From Holophagaceae bacterium (lineage in GTDB: Bacteria; Acidobacteriota; Holophagae; Holophagales; Holophagaceae), in contig JADKJH010000005.1 of assembly GCA_016722505.1 (NCBI GenBank), forward strand, positions 190,872-254,871: a stretch of 64,000 nucleotides of DNA, in the 5' to 3' direction. Positions 1 through 10,121 of the stretch are shown here, in pieces. Each line of letters starts with the position of its first letter. The stretch's first letter is position 1. The position numbers were made by a program, and so were the translations under genes. A model generated the notes under the pieces. It made no database searches and was not told where the DNA came from. It saw nothing but the letters and a program-made list of their open reading frames with translations.

Positions 1-86
1 CGTATTGACCTACAGCACAAAGGGGACAGGGAGCAAGAACCGAAAAAGGAATAGCGAAATAAAGACGAATGCCATAAACTTCCACC

Positions 87-1454
87 ATGGCTAAAAGCAC
101 ACCGGTTTTCGAATGCACGGCCTGCGGAACCCGGTTCCCCAAGGCAATGGGGAAATGCACGAACTGTGGCGCCTGGGACAGCATCGAAGAGGTGCGGGGC
201 TCCTTGAAACGCGATCTACAGCGCACCCGCAGCTCATTCGCGCAAGGACACTACAACGGCCCAGTGGCCATTCTCGATGTGGAAATCACCGAAACGGAAC
301 GCACCGCCACGGGACTTGTGGAGCTGGATCGCGTGCTGGGCGGCGGTGTTGTGCCAGGCATGGTGGTGCTGCTGGGGGGCGAACCTGGCATCGGCAAATC
401 AACACTGGTGCTGCAATGGGCCGCCACGGAACCAGGCCTCGTGCTCTATGCCAGCGGCGAAGAAAGCGAGCGTCAGATCAAGCTCCGCGCACAACGTTTG
501 GGGACTGAAAATCCTGGCATCCACCTGCTCGCGGAAACCGATGTGCGCATCATCCTGGAAGAGGCCGAACGCATGAAGCCGGCCCTGCTGTTGATTGATT
601 CCATCCAGACCCTGTTCGATCCGGATTTCGAAAGCAGCGCGGGGTCCGTCAGCCAGGTGCGCGGCTGTGCGCAACTGCTCACCCGCTGGGCCAAAGCCAC
701 CGGGACGCCCCTCGTGCTGGTCGGCCACGTCACAAAAGACGGTAGCCTGGCAGGCCCCAAAGTATTGGAGCATCTGGTGGATACGGTGCTGGCCTTCGAA
801 GGCGACCGCCACCACCATCACCGCCTGCTGCGGAGCCTGAAGAATAGATTTGGCGCCGCTTTTGAATTGGGTGTTTTCGCCATGACTGAGCGGGGTCTCG
901 TGGCCGCCGAAGGCAATCCATTTTTTCTTGACGCCGAGCCACGGCCCGGTTGCGCTGCCACAGTGGTTCTGAGCGGCACACGGCCCATGGTGGTGGAGAT
1001 CCAGGCGCTCGTTGCATCCGCAGGGCTTGGGATCCCCCGTCGAACCGCCTTGGGCATTGATGGACAACGGTTAGCCATGCTCTGCGCGGTAGCCGAGCGA
1101 CGCGGTGGAATCCAACTGCATGATCGCGATGTCTACGTGAACGTGGCTGGAGGTCTCGAGATCGAAGATCCAGCCGCGGACCTGGCGGTGCTGGCGGCTC
1201 TGACGAGCAGCGCCACTGGGCGCCTGCTCGCCGAAAAAAGCCTGTTCATGGGTGAAGTCGGACTCACCGGAGAAGTCCGCCCCATCGCTCAGCTTCCCTT
1301 GCGATTACAGGAAGGCGCCCGCCTCGGTTTTTCCTGCGCTGTCGTACCGAAGGTGGGCCTCGAAGGCAAAGCGCCCATCGAAGTAATGCCAGAGACCAGC
1401 GTCGAGCGGCTGCGGGGGAAGGCAGGGCTGCGGCATTCTGCCGAAGAAGAATGA
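87..1454 (+). CDS. radA: DNA repair protein RadA/Sms
   Basis: N-terminal C4 zinc finger (CTACG...CTNCG), Walker A GEPGIGKST, KNRFG motif, Lon-protease-like C-terminal domain; 455 aa typical length. Confidence 0.95.
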   Translation: MAKSTPVFECTACGTRFPKAMGKCTNCGAWDSIEEVRGSLKRDLQRTRSSFAQGHYNGPVAILDVEITETERTATGLVELDRVLGGGVVPGMVVLLGGEPGIGKSTLVLQWAATEPGLVLYASGEESERQIKLRAQRLGTENPGIHLLAETDVRIILEEAERMKPALLLIDSIQTLFDPDFESSAGSVSQVRGCAQLLTRWAKATGTPLVLVGHVTKDGSLAGPKVLEHLVDTVLAFEGDRHHHHRLLRSLKNRFGAAFELGVFAMTERGLVAAEGNPFFLDAEPRPGCAATVVLSGTRPMVVEIQALVASAGLGIPRRTALGIDGQRLAMLCAVAERRGGIQLHDRDVYVNVAGGLEIEDPAADLAVLAALTSSATGRLLAEKSLFMGEVGLTGEVRPIAQLPLRLQEGARLGFSCAVVPKVGLEGKAPIEVMPETSVERLRGKAGLRHSAEEE

Positions 1455-1470
1455 ATGCCAGCAAATTGAA

Positions 1471-2407
1471 TCAGTGATGCCCGTAATTCTTCTCCCCGGC
1501 CTTCACCGCGATCGGAAGCCGGTTCTGCTGGGGTGGTAGCGGGCAGGTGGCGAAGGGCGTGAAGACGCAGGGCGGATTGTAGGCCCGGTTGAAATCCAGG
1601 GTGACCTTGCCTTCCTTCGGCATGGCGGCATAGAGGAAACGCCCCGCCGGGTAGGTACCCTTCCCACTTGTCTTATCGCGGAATATGAAGAACAGCTGCG
1701 GATCCGCCGGGTCTTCAATGACAGGCTCCAGCGTCAGTTCCTTCCCGCGCAATTTAAATTTGACGTAACCCGGAGCCTGCATGGTCTCCGTGGTGCCCAG
1801 CACCGTAAGGGATTTGGACATCCTTGGGCTTTTCATAGGGAACGAACTGGGCATCCACCCGGAAAGTTGGATTCGCGGGATAGGAAGCAATGCCTTTGAA
1901 GTTGAGCCGGACTGGACTGTTGGAATCCTTCACCCGGATGCCAAAGCGGTCTCCCCTTTTGATCACATAAAACGAAAGATCTCCCAGCGTGAGGACATCC
2001 GGTTTGCCTTCCGCATCGCTCTTCAAGGCTTGATCCACATCCGCCTCCACGGACTTGCCATTCAGGTTCACGCCGCTGCCCGGAGCCGCTTTCACTTTCA
2101 CGACTCCATGCTCGAGCACAAAAAGACCAGCCTTGGCGGGAGCTTTCTTCTGAGGCAGTGGAACAGCGTTGGATGGGTCCGAACCGAAAGGATTCTCGCC
2201 TTCGGCCAGCCAGCTCAATCCCACCAGCGTGAGCCATCCGTTTTCACGGCTCAGGCTGTCATGTCTCGTCTTGCGCCACTGCTCCAACTCCTTGAAAAAC
2301 GCAGTCTGCTTCACGCCCTCGGATGACATCGATGCGCCGATTGGGGTCACAACGGCGGGCGGCATGGCAAGCGGAATCATCGGCATAGCAATCTCCTGGG
2401 GGCGCAA
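1471..2407 (-). pseudogene. DUF1684 family protein, interrupted by a frameshift (N-terminal part 1754..2407, C-terminal part 1471..1890 in another frame)
   Basis: Two overlapping minus-strand ORFs in different frames together reconstruct a DUF1684 fold (N part ...TFRVDAQFVPYEKPKDVQIP, C part ...TVLGTTETMQAPGYVKF...DFNRAYNPPCVFTPFATCPLPP). Junction maps to about 1826-1838 in ccc/aaa runs. Confidence 0.7.
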
Positions 2408-2487
2408 GAACGGCCACCGATCCTATTTTTGTATTGTCCAGGCCTCTTGTGGCTGATTTAGTTTTCCCGGCTTGCCGCGGCTGCTGC

Positions 2488-4208
2488 CTAGCGGCCCTGC
2501 AATCCCGGGTCCTGGGTGAGCTCCTCGATGAGATCATGCACGCTCATCATGTCCTTGAGGCGGGCGCCATTGCTGCCGGAAAAGAAGAGCCCGCTCTCGC
2601 GGTCCCCGTGCCAAGCATCCGCCAAGCGATCTGCAATGCAATAGCCGACCTCCATGGCGCCTTTGCCGTGGCCACAAGGTGTAAGGCATTGGCTCACGCA
2701 ACGAATTTGAGGCGCGGTGCCTTCTTCCATGCGGGACTGCAGCGCTGTGCGCACTCCGCGGGCGGGCATTCCCACGGGCGACTTCATCAGGACGATGTCA
2801 TCGGCTTCCGCTTTCAGAATCGTTTCTTTGAAGTTGGGGTGGGCGTCACATTCAAAGGTGCCGATGAAGCGTGTGCCCATCTGCACACCGGATGCGCCTA
2901 GCGCCAGGAAACGCATGATGTCAGCGCGGTCCCATACACCACCGGCCACCAGCACGGGGAAATCCCCCCAGTTATCCCGCTCCGCGAGCACCGAGGGCAG
3001 CAGGTTCTCGATGGTGAAAGCAGGGTCCACGCATTGTTCAGGGCTGAAGCCCTGGTGGCCGCCGCTTTCGGGGCCTTCCAGCACCACCGCATCTGGCAAT
3101 CGCCCATATTTCCGTTGCCACTGCTTGCAGATGACACTCAAGGCGCGTGCGGAGGAAACGATCGGCACCAGCGCCACATCCGCATCCCCACATATCCTGG
3201 CAAAGCCAAGGGCAGCCCTGCGCCAGATACGATCATTTGCGCGCCAGCCGCCACCGCGGCCCGCACCGTGGCCTCGTAACCTTCGATGGCGCACAGGATG
3301 TTGACGCCCACGGCGCCTCGGCCTTCGGCCCGCTCCAACGCGGCGTGCAGGATGGTTGCAAGGGCTTCGGGTGGATTCAAAGAGGACGTCCCGTCAGGTC
3401 TGCCGAACCTCTGAGGACTGCGGGCAGAAGGGTGGTAGCCAGTTCCGATGGCTGATACTAGGCCTACGCAACCTTCTCGCGCCACGGCCCCCGCAAGGCC
3501 CTCCCAGGACACGCCCACGCCCATCCCGCCCTGTTGGATGGGATAGGACAAATCCAGATTGCGGATCCGCAAGCGAGACATATTACCTGGACCTTTTCGC
3601 AATAGCATCTGATCGGTCCGATCTAGGCCCTCCATCAACCGCGAGGTGAATTGCGGCAAAGAAGGCTCATCAAGGAGCACCGGTGACCGGGGTTGAAGGG
3701 CGAAAGCGCCTGCTTCCATGCCTTGCCGCGCCTGGGCTTCATTTTCAGCGATGGCGAGAATCGGCAATCCATGATGATTCAACGACTGGACCTTGTCAGC
3801 GGGCGCCAATAAGGCCGATGCGCCCTGGGCGCGAGCCTGGCTGGCTTCCTCCTCGTTCGCAACCGCCACAATGCGGGGGACATTAATTCCTAACAGGGCT
3901 TGCATCGCCGGTGGAAGTTCAGCCGTATGCAGCAAGAAGGCCACACCTGCTTCCCTTGCCGCCGCAAGAACCCCATCGGTGCCACCGCGAAGCCCCCGTA
4001 GATCAAGTCCAAGTTTGGCATTGCCTCGCACTGAAGCCGCTAATTCCTGCAAACGCTCTTTCAGCCGTGCCGCATCCGGGAATGCCTCGGTCCGCGGCAA
4101 GGCCCACCCGCCAGCCCTAAGAAATGTCGCGCTCAGATCCAAAGCGCCAGGGGCTTGCCATCCCTGAAGAACAGCGCTTGCATCATCTGCGAATAGGTAT
4201 TTGGCCAT
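2488..4208 (-). pseudogene. Nitronate monooxygenase / 2-nitropropane dioxygenase (NMO, FMN TIM-barrel) family protein with a roughly 200 aa N-terminal extension; frameshifted between 3138 and 3294
   Basis: N fragment carries IQQGGMGVGVS...VSGAGLP; C fragment carries VALVPIVSSARALSV...DAVVLEGPESGGHQGF. The two fragments are in different frames and overlap 3138..3294. Confidence 0.7.
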
Positions 4209-4335
4209 TCAGGCCTCCAGAGGAGACGGACACCGGCAAGCGGGACGCATCCATCCACAATGATGGACCCTCCCGGTGATCATGGACACGGAATTCATGC
4301 GCTTACAATTGCAAGGATCAACCTGGGGAGCGCTT

Positions 4336-5211
4336 ATGAGATCCATGACAGCCTATGCGGAGTTGGTGCGCCCTTTGGAACGAGGACAACTGCGGCTAAG
4401 TATTCGCAGCGTGAACAGCAAGGCCCTTGACTTGAATCTGCGCCTGCCTCCGGCGCTTTTCCCTTTGGAAACGAAGCTCAGGGCCGCGGTGCGCGAGGCA
4501 ACGGGCAGAGGGAAATTGGATCTCAGCATTGAGGTCCAGGATGAGCCAGACTTGGAACCTCAATTGAATCGCCCCCTGCTCCGCTCTATCGCCAAAACCT
4601 GGCAGGAGGATGCGGAATGGCTGAATCTGCCTCCTCTCACTGCGGAAGCCTTCTTCCGGTTGCCCGGCGCCTGGATGCCACCCGCTTCGGATCTGGCTCA
4701 GCGCTTGGAAACCCCGGTGCTGGATGCGCTGAGGGAACTCCTAGACAAATGGAACGAATGCCGCGTCAAAGAAGCGGACCGTCTGCGCCCGGCTTTTGAA
4801 TCCAACCTGTCTGAGCTTCGGCGGCTTCGCCAAATACTGCAGATCGAGGCTGAAACCCAGGCGGCGGAACTCCCAGAGCAATATCGCCTGCGACTGGATC
4901 AGGTTTTGAAGGATGCCCAACTCGCGGGGCAACTACCGGCCGAGCGTATTGTCGGCGAAGCTGGCGCTTTGGCTGAGCGTCAGGATGTAAGAGAGGAGCT
5001 GGTAAGGCTTTCCGCCCACTTGGATGATTTCGGGGAGCGGCTCGCAAAAGGCAAACTCGAAGGCAAGGCCGTGGATATCTGGTGCCAGGAAGTGCTTCGT
5101 GAACTCAACACCTGCGGCAGCAAGTGCAAGCGCTTGGCCATGACCCGCGCGGTGATGGAAGCCAAGGGCGTCCTCGATCAGATTCGCGAACAAGCCGCGA
5201 ATTTGGAATAG
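4336..5211 (+). CDS. yicC: YicC family stress-induced protein (YicC_N + DUF1732)
   Basis: MRSMTAYAEL...LSIRSVNSKALDLNLRLP matches the YicC N-terminal signature; ORF could start earlier at 4276. Confidence 0.8.
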   Translation: MRSMTAYAELVRPLERGQLRLSIRSVNSKALDLNLRLPPALFPLETKLRAAVREATGRGKLDLSIEVQDEPDLEPQLNRPLLRSIAKTWQEDAEWLNLPPLTAEAFFRLPGAWMPPASDLAQRLETPVLDALRELLDKWNECRVKEADRLRPAFESNLSELRRLRQILQIEAETQAAELPEQYRLRLDQVLKDAQLAGQLPAERIVGEAGALAERQDVREELVRLSAHLDDFGERLAKGKLEGKAVDIWCQEVLRELNTCGSKCKRLAMTRAVMEAKGVLDQIREQAANLE

Positions 5212-5240
5212 TCCGTTTATTGGCTAGCCAACTCATCAAC

Positions 5241-8200
5241 TCAACGGGGCACCGGAACAAAGGGGGAGGATTCCCCCAAGTCCCAGTCCAGAGGCGCATC
5301 CGGCGGAAGGGAAGACCTTACCTGGAGCGTTCCGTTCGAGATGAGATCAGGAATGCTCATGGATCGGGTCTCCAGAACCATGTCGGCATCCGCCACTTCC
5401 CCAGGGAATAGACCCACCCAGGCATCCCGTCCAGCCCGCTTTGCCGCATAGAGGCAATGATCCGCCACATCCACAACCCGCTCCCAGGCGAGAGCCTGGG
5501 GCAGTTCCGGTATGAATGGATAGAGCGCGAAACCCGATGAGCAGGTAAGGCGCAATGACTTGCCGTCTCCGATGTCGAAGAGATGAAAAGCGACTTGGGA
5601 GCGGATGCGTTCCACCAGGATGGTGGAGTCCCGGCGGCAGACATTGCGGGCCACGACAAGGAACTCCTCACCTCCCCAACGCACCACGGTATCCGTGTCG
5701 CGGGTGGCTTCCTTCATGATCTCGCCCATCTGCTGAAGCACCTTGTCGCCCGCAGCGTGGCCATGTTCGTCGTTCACGAGCTTGAAGTGGTCGAGGTCCA
5801 CCATGATGAAGAGTAGATCAATGTTCAGGGCCATCCGCTCTTTGCGGGGCGCTTCCAATTCGCGGAAAGCCCGATTCACCAAGGCCACATCCTCGGGCAG
5901 GCACTCCCCGAGAAAACGGCGGTTCCTCAATCCAGTCAGAGGATCCGTCAGGCTCTGGTTACGCAAAGCCTCATTCGCGGATTCGAGCGCGTCATTGGCC
6001 CATTCCATGGCGTCATTCGCCGCCTTCAACTCTTTCGTGCGGGCTGCGACCTGTGCTTCCAGCAACCGGTTCTGCTGTTGGAGGGCGAACATCCGCCAGC
6101 GTACGACCAGTGCGACCAGCCCTGCGGCGCCAAGACCCATGAGCATCCGGAACCACCAGGACTGCCACCAGGCTGGCAGCACTTTGAAATCAAAAGCGGC
6201 GACGGGACCCCAAGCACCCTGCCCTATCCGGGAACACACCTCAAGCCTGTAATGTCCAGGCCCTAATGCTGGGTACCGCGCCTCGCGGGTATCCGTCGGA
6301 TGCCATTCAGATTCCAGCCCCACGAGCCGGACCCTCTGATGCACCGCTTGCTCCCTTGGGAAGCTCAGGCATGCAAAACGGGCTTCCAGCGTATTCGACC
6401 CAAAGGGCACCTCGATTTCTTTCTGTCCAGGCCAAAAAGCCTGTTGCCCCAATCTCAGGGAAGTCAACTCCGTGGGGGGTGGCGCGGAAAGCCCATGATA
6501 TGCCTTCGCATCGAAGCGCGCGAGGCCCGTGCTGGTGCCAATCCAAACATCGCCATTTTCCTCCGGGAAGAAAGCCATGTTGTCGCAGTCCTCCCCAACC
6601 AAACCTTCAGCAACACCAAAATGCTCGATGCCTTCAGGCCTGATCAGATCCACACCCTTTCCGGTTCCGATCCAGATGCCGCCTTTGGCATCCTCGCCCG
6701 TGAGATAGACCATGTCTTCCACCAGCCCTGCGCTGGCATCGAACTGTTTGAGCACTTTCAGCCTGCCTTCTTCGTAGCGGGCAAGAGTCAGGCCGAGCGG
6801 CTCGTTGTAGGAGATCAAGAGGTCGCCGCCCTTGGTTGAAGCGATATAGGCCGCGTGATCCTGCTTGAGTCCATCTTTCATTGTGAACCGCCGCCATCGG
6901 CCATTCTCCAGCATCGCAAGGCCTCGCTCTCCAGGCGCCCAAATCCGCCCGGCAGCATCCTGGTGGACGTCGCTGATGTATTCCGTCGGCAGGCCCTGCG
7001 GAAGCTCCACCCGCTCGAATTTCAAGTTTCCTGGGGTCAACGGCGCCCTGAAGAGCCCCGCTCCATCCGTGCTGGCCCAAAGCACGCCATTTTGGTCGAT
7101 TTTAAGCCTGAAGATGCGTTTCGCGGCTGCATCGTGGCCGAGTTCAAAACGCTGGAGCACCCGCCGTTTCTGGTCGTACCTGAGCACTTCGTTTCCAGGG
7201 ACTCCTGCCATGTACAAGACTCCGTCCGGTCCCTGGACGATGGTGCGGATGACATGCCCCAGAGTACCTGGAATGACCTCCCACCCCGTTGCGATGGATC
7301 GTGCGAGACCATTGTCCGTGCCCACCCAGAGTTGCCGCTCCCGGTCCCTGAAGATTCGCCAGATGACGCTGCTGGGCAACCCGTCCACCTGAGTGTAGAT
7401 ATGCCAGAGGCCACGGCCCAGAAGTCTGTAGACGCCCACAGAGCCAACCCACAGAGAGCCTTCCCGATCCTCCAACGCTGTGCGGCACCAAGTGGTTGGT
7501 AATCCCTCCTTGGCTCCCAAAACGGACCAGGCATCTCCTTCCAGATGGGCTAATCCATGCTGTGTCGGGAGCCAGATATCGCCATGCCGGCCTGTGATCA
7601 GGAAACCCCTGTCGTTGATGACGGAAACGGGCGCGCTGGCCTCGCGAAACCGGGAAGCCCCAGGACCAAGCACCCACAAGCTGTGGGGGGTGCGGGCCCA
7701 GAGACGGCCAGCCCCATCCTCAGCTAGGGAGTCGATCCTCTCTTTGTCCAGGCCCGGAGGAGCTTCGAAAACCCGCCAACTTCCGCCACGGTGGGCCAGA
7801 ACCCGAGACCTGCCATCCCAGTTTGCCACCCACATGATGTCGGATTTCTTCCCCCCTGAGAGCGCGGTCGCCTCGCCTTTTGGCCATCCCGGAGCTTTCG
7901 TGAACCGTCCCGCCGGATCCTGGAAATAGGGGCCATCGTTTGTAGCGGCCCAAAACCCGCCGGGGCCGCTGGCCAGCCCTTCAATGGGAACCATTGGCAG
8001 CCCCTGAGCTGATGCGACCGCCTCGAAAGATTGGCCATTCCACCGCGCCAATCCCCGGCGGGTTCCCACCCAGAGGGTTCCATCAGGGTCTGAATACATG
8101 GCGAGGATATCGCTCGAAGGCAGCCCGTCTTTCACACCGAATGGTTCGAACCGGGATCCGTCATACCTGAAAAGCCCAGCCTCGGTGCCGGCCCAAATGA

Positions 8201-8420
8201 ATCCCCGGCTGTCCTGTGCCAGATGCCAGACAGCCAGGTTGGAAAGCCCCTGGTCCGCATCGTAGGCACGAAAGGTCTGGCGGCCAGGAGGCATTTCGTT
8301 TGAAGAGATAGGTGTCGGAAGAGCCATGAGCCCGCATGCGGACATGACGGCCGCAAAAAACAGGTAGCGGAAGAAAGAGGCCATGATTTCCTGGGAGGTT
8401 TCCACCTCAAGTATCGTCAA
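5241..8420 (-). CDS. Sensor diguanylate cyclase: signal peptide, two-component-regulator propeller (Reg_prop) repeats, Y_Y_Y domain, TM helix, coiled coil, GGDEF domain
   Basis: 1059 aa; N-terminal hydrophobic signal; many WVGT/WIGT propeller repeats; TM WWFRMLMGLGAAGLVALVV; C-terminal GGDEF with intact RWGGEEFLVV active site. Confidence 0.85.
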   Translation of the reverse strand: MTILEVETSQEIMASFFRYLFFAAVMSACGLMALPTPISSNEMPPGRQTFRAYDADQGLSNLAVWHLAQDSRGFIWAGTEAGLFRYDGSRFEPFGVKDGLPSSDILAMYSDPDGTLWVGTRRGLARWNGQSFEAVASAQGLPMVPIEGLASGPGGFWAATNDGPYFQDPAGRFTKAPGWPKGEATALSGGKKSDIMWVANWDGRSRVLAHRGGSWRVFEAPPGLDKERIDSLAEDGAGRLWARTPHSLWVLGPGASRFREASAPVSVINDRGFLITGRHGDIWLPTQHGLAHLEGDAWSVLGAKEGLPTTWCRTALEDREGSLWVGSVGVYRLLGRGLWHIYTQVDGLPSSVIWRIFRDRERQLWVGTDNGLARSIATGWEVIPGTLGHVIRTIVQGPDGVLYMAGVPGNEVLRYDQKRRVLQRFELGHDAAAKRIFRLKIDQNGVLWASTDGAGLFRAPLTPGNLKFERVELPQGLPTEYISDVHQDAAGRIWAPGERGLAMLENGRWRRFTMKDGLKQDHAAYIASTKGGDLLISYNEPLGLTLARYEEGRLKVLKQFDASAGLVEDMVYLTGEDAKGGIWIGTGKGVDLIRPEGIEHFGVAEGLVGEDCDNMAFFPEENGDVWIGTSTGLARFDAKAYHGLSAPPPTELTSLRLGQQAFWPGQKEIEVPFGSNTLEARFACLSFPREQAVHQRVRLVGLESEWHPTDTREARYPALGPGHYRLEVCSRIGQGAWGPVAAFDFKVLPAWWQSWWFRMLMGLGAAGLVALVVRWRMFALQQQNRLLEAQVAARTKELKAANDAMEWANDALESANEALRNQSLTDPLTGLRNRRFLGECLPEDVALVNRAFRELEAPRKERMALNIDLLFIMVDLDHFKLVNDEHGHAAGDKVLQQMGEIMKEATRDTDTVVRWGGEEFLVVARNVCRRDSTILVERIRSQVAFHLFDIGDGKSLRLTCSSGFALYPFIPELPQALAWERVVDVADHCLYAAKRAGRDAWVGLFPGEVADADMVLETRSMSIPDLISNGTLQVRSSLPPDAPLDWDLGESSPFVPVPR

Positions 8421-8474
8421 ATTCCAGGAATCGCCTTCCAGGTTTGTTTAGGACCAAGTAAAGAGATGGTTTCT

Positions 8475-9779
8475 TCAGGCGATTTCAGCGCCCAAAAACT
8501 GAGGTCCAGCCATGGTAACCGTTACATCCACCAACTCGCCAAAGGGCAATATCCGTCCATCTCCGGTTTGGATATGGACGTTTTTCCAATCCCCCGTCCG
8601 CCCCATCCAAAAGCCATCTTTAGCTGGGCTGTGGCTTTCGACCCGCGCCTGCACCGTGCGGCCGACGAACCGCAGATTGCTCTCTTTGGCCAGCTCCAAC
8701 TGCCGTTTTTGAAGCCGCTGCAACCGCCCGGTCTTCACAGAGGCTGGAATGTCATCCTTGAGCCGCAGCGCCGCCGTTCCTGGGCGTGGACTGTAGATGA
8801 AACTGAAGGAAGAGTCGAATTTCACAGTCTCCAGCAGCTTCATGGTGGCTTCAAAGTCTTCATCGGTTTCTCCCGGGAAACCCACGATGAAATCCGTGCT
8901 GAGGCCAAGTTTTACACGGCCATCCCCCAGGTAACCCAGAGACTCCAGATACTGTTCCACCGTGTACTCCCGGAGCATCCGCCGCAGCACCGCATTGGAA
9001 CCGCTCTGTACTGGAAGATGAAGGAATGGCGCTACTTTGGGATTAGTGACAAGGACTTTGGCCAGCTCTTTGGTGAAGTTCATGGGGTGGCTGGTAGTGA
9101 AACGGATCCATTCCAGGCCTTCAACTTCCGAGACTCGCTCCAACAATTCCGCGAAGCTGCAACCGCCACTGAAAGAGTTGACATTCTGGCCAAGCAATTC
9201 CACTTCACGATACCCACTTGCCACCACCCCCCGGACCTCGGCCACGATGTCCTGCCAGGGGCGATTTCGCTCAACCCCGCGGGTGGTGGGAACAATGCAA
9301 TATGTGCAGGCGTGGTTGCAACCTTCAATGATGGTCACAAGGGCTTTTGCGGTGCTTCTACGCCTCGCGGCTTCAGGTGGGAAAAGGTGGTTGTCGGGAT
9401 ATTCCCCGGTATCCATGACGCGTTTTTTGCCCGCCTTGGCTTCTTCCACAAGGCGTGGCAGCTGGTTCAAGGCCATGGTACCCAGCACAAAATCTATATG
9501 CGGGGCCCTCCTGAAAAGCGCAGCCTGTTCCTGCTGGGCCAGACAGCCGGTCACCCCAATGAGAATGTCCCGCTTCTGTTTCTCCTCCCGAAGGCGGCCC
9601 AGCACTGAAAAGACCTTGTGGACAGCCTTTTCGCGAATGGAGCAAGTATTCAAAAGCACCAGATCCGCCTCGCTCGAGGTGCTGACCTGAGTGAAGCCTT
9701 CCTTCAAGAGCAACCCCGACAGCCTTTCACCGTCGTGGTCGTTCATCTGGCATCCCCAGGTTTGGATATGGAACTTCAT
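8475..9779 (-). CDS. miaB: tRNA-2-methylthio-N6-dimethylallyladenosine synthase (radical SAM methylthiotransferase)
   Basis: MKFHIQTWGCQMN MTTase N-terminus, CTYCIVP radical-SAM motif, TRAM C-terminus; 434 aa. Confidence 0.95.
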   Translation of the reverse strand: MKFHIQTWGCQMNDHDGERLSGLLLKEGFTQVSTSSEADLVLLNTCSIREKAVHKVFSVLGRLREEKQKRDILIGVTGCLAQQEQAALFRRAPHIDFVLGTMALNQLPRLVEEAKAGKKRVMDTGEYPDNHLFPPEAARRRSTAKALVTIIEGCNHACTYCIVPTTRGVERNRPWQDIVAEVRGVVASGYREVELLGQNVNSFSGGCSFAELLERVSEVEGLEWIRFTTSHPMNFTKELAKVLVTNPKVAPFLHLPVQSGSNAVLRRMLREYTVEQYLESLGYLGDGRVKLGLSTDFIVGFPGETDEDFEATMKLLETVKFDSSFSFIYSPRPGTAALRLKDDIPASVKTGRLQRLQKRQLELAKESNLRFVGRTVQARVESHSPAKDGFWMGRTGDWKNVHIQTGDGRILPFGELVDVTVTMAGPQFLGAEIA

Positions 9780-10075
9780 AATCGTTCCCTATTCCTGGGA
9801 ATGCCGATGAAGTGGACTACCCCCCGATCACGCAGTCCACTGGACTGCGCTCCCGCTCGCCTCCGGCTCGCGGAGGGGGCCCCGTGGACTACCCCCCGAT
9901 CGCACGGTCCACTGGACCGTGCTCCCGCTCGCCTTCGGCTCGCGGAGGGGGCCCCGTTCTGGCATCCCCAGGTTTGGATATGGAACTTCATGCGCGGTCC
10001 TGACCAAACCTTTAATTCTAAGAGGCGGCCACCTGAAAGTCCTCGGAAAATATAGCGATGGTGGACTTCTGGCAT
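9776..10075 (-). promoter_or_regulatory. miaB leader: upstream ORF that begins with a perfect copy of the first 11 MiaB codons (MKFHIQTWGCQ) and ends in TGA overlapping the miaB ATG (ATGA)
   Basis: 33-bp exact direct repeat 9747..9779 and 9959..9991 (ctggcatccccaggtttggatatggaacttcat) brackets two 72-bp tandem repeats. The reading frame is open from 10075 or 9991 down to TGA at 9776..9778. Confidence 0.45.
9812..9955. repeat. 2 x 72-bp tandem direct repeat in the miaB leader (about 90% identical units)
   Basis: Unit 1 is 9812..9883 and unit 2 is 9884..9955 (gtggactaccccccgatc...cggctcgcggagggggcccc). Each unit contains a small hairpin ctccg-gctcg-cggag. Confidence 0.9.
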
Positions 10076-10121
10076 ATATTTTCAGAGATCAACGCAACCT
10101 GAACTAGCGCACACCCCCTGG

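Noticed and set aside
8466-9608. 380-aa plus-strand ORF antisense to miaB; similar long antisense ORFs at 31037..32257, 34417..35649, 38201..38920, 42468..43670 and 44843..45535
   Set aside because: They lie entirely within well-supported genes on the opposite strand, have no recognisable motifs, and are expected by chance in 65% GC DNA because stop codons are depleted.
9812-9955. Possible CRISPR array
   Set aside because: Only two abutting 72-bp units with no spacers; the repeats are coding-capable and part of the miaB leader duplication, not a repeat-spacer array. No cas genes in the window.
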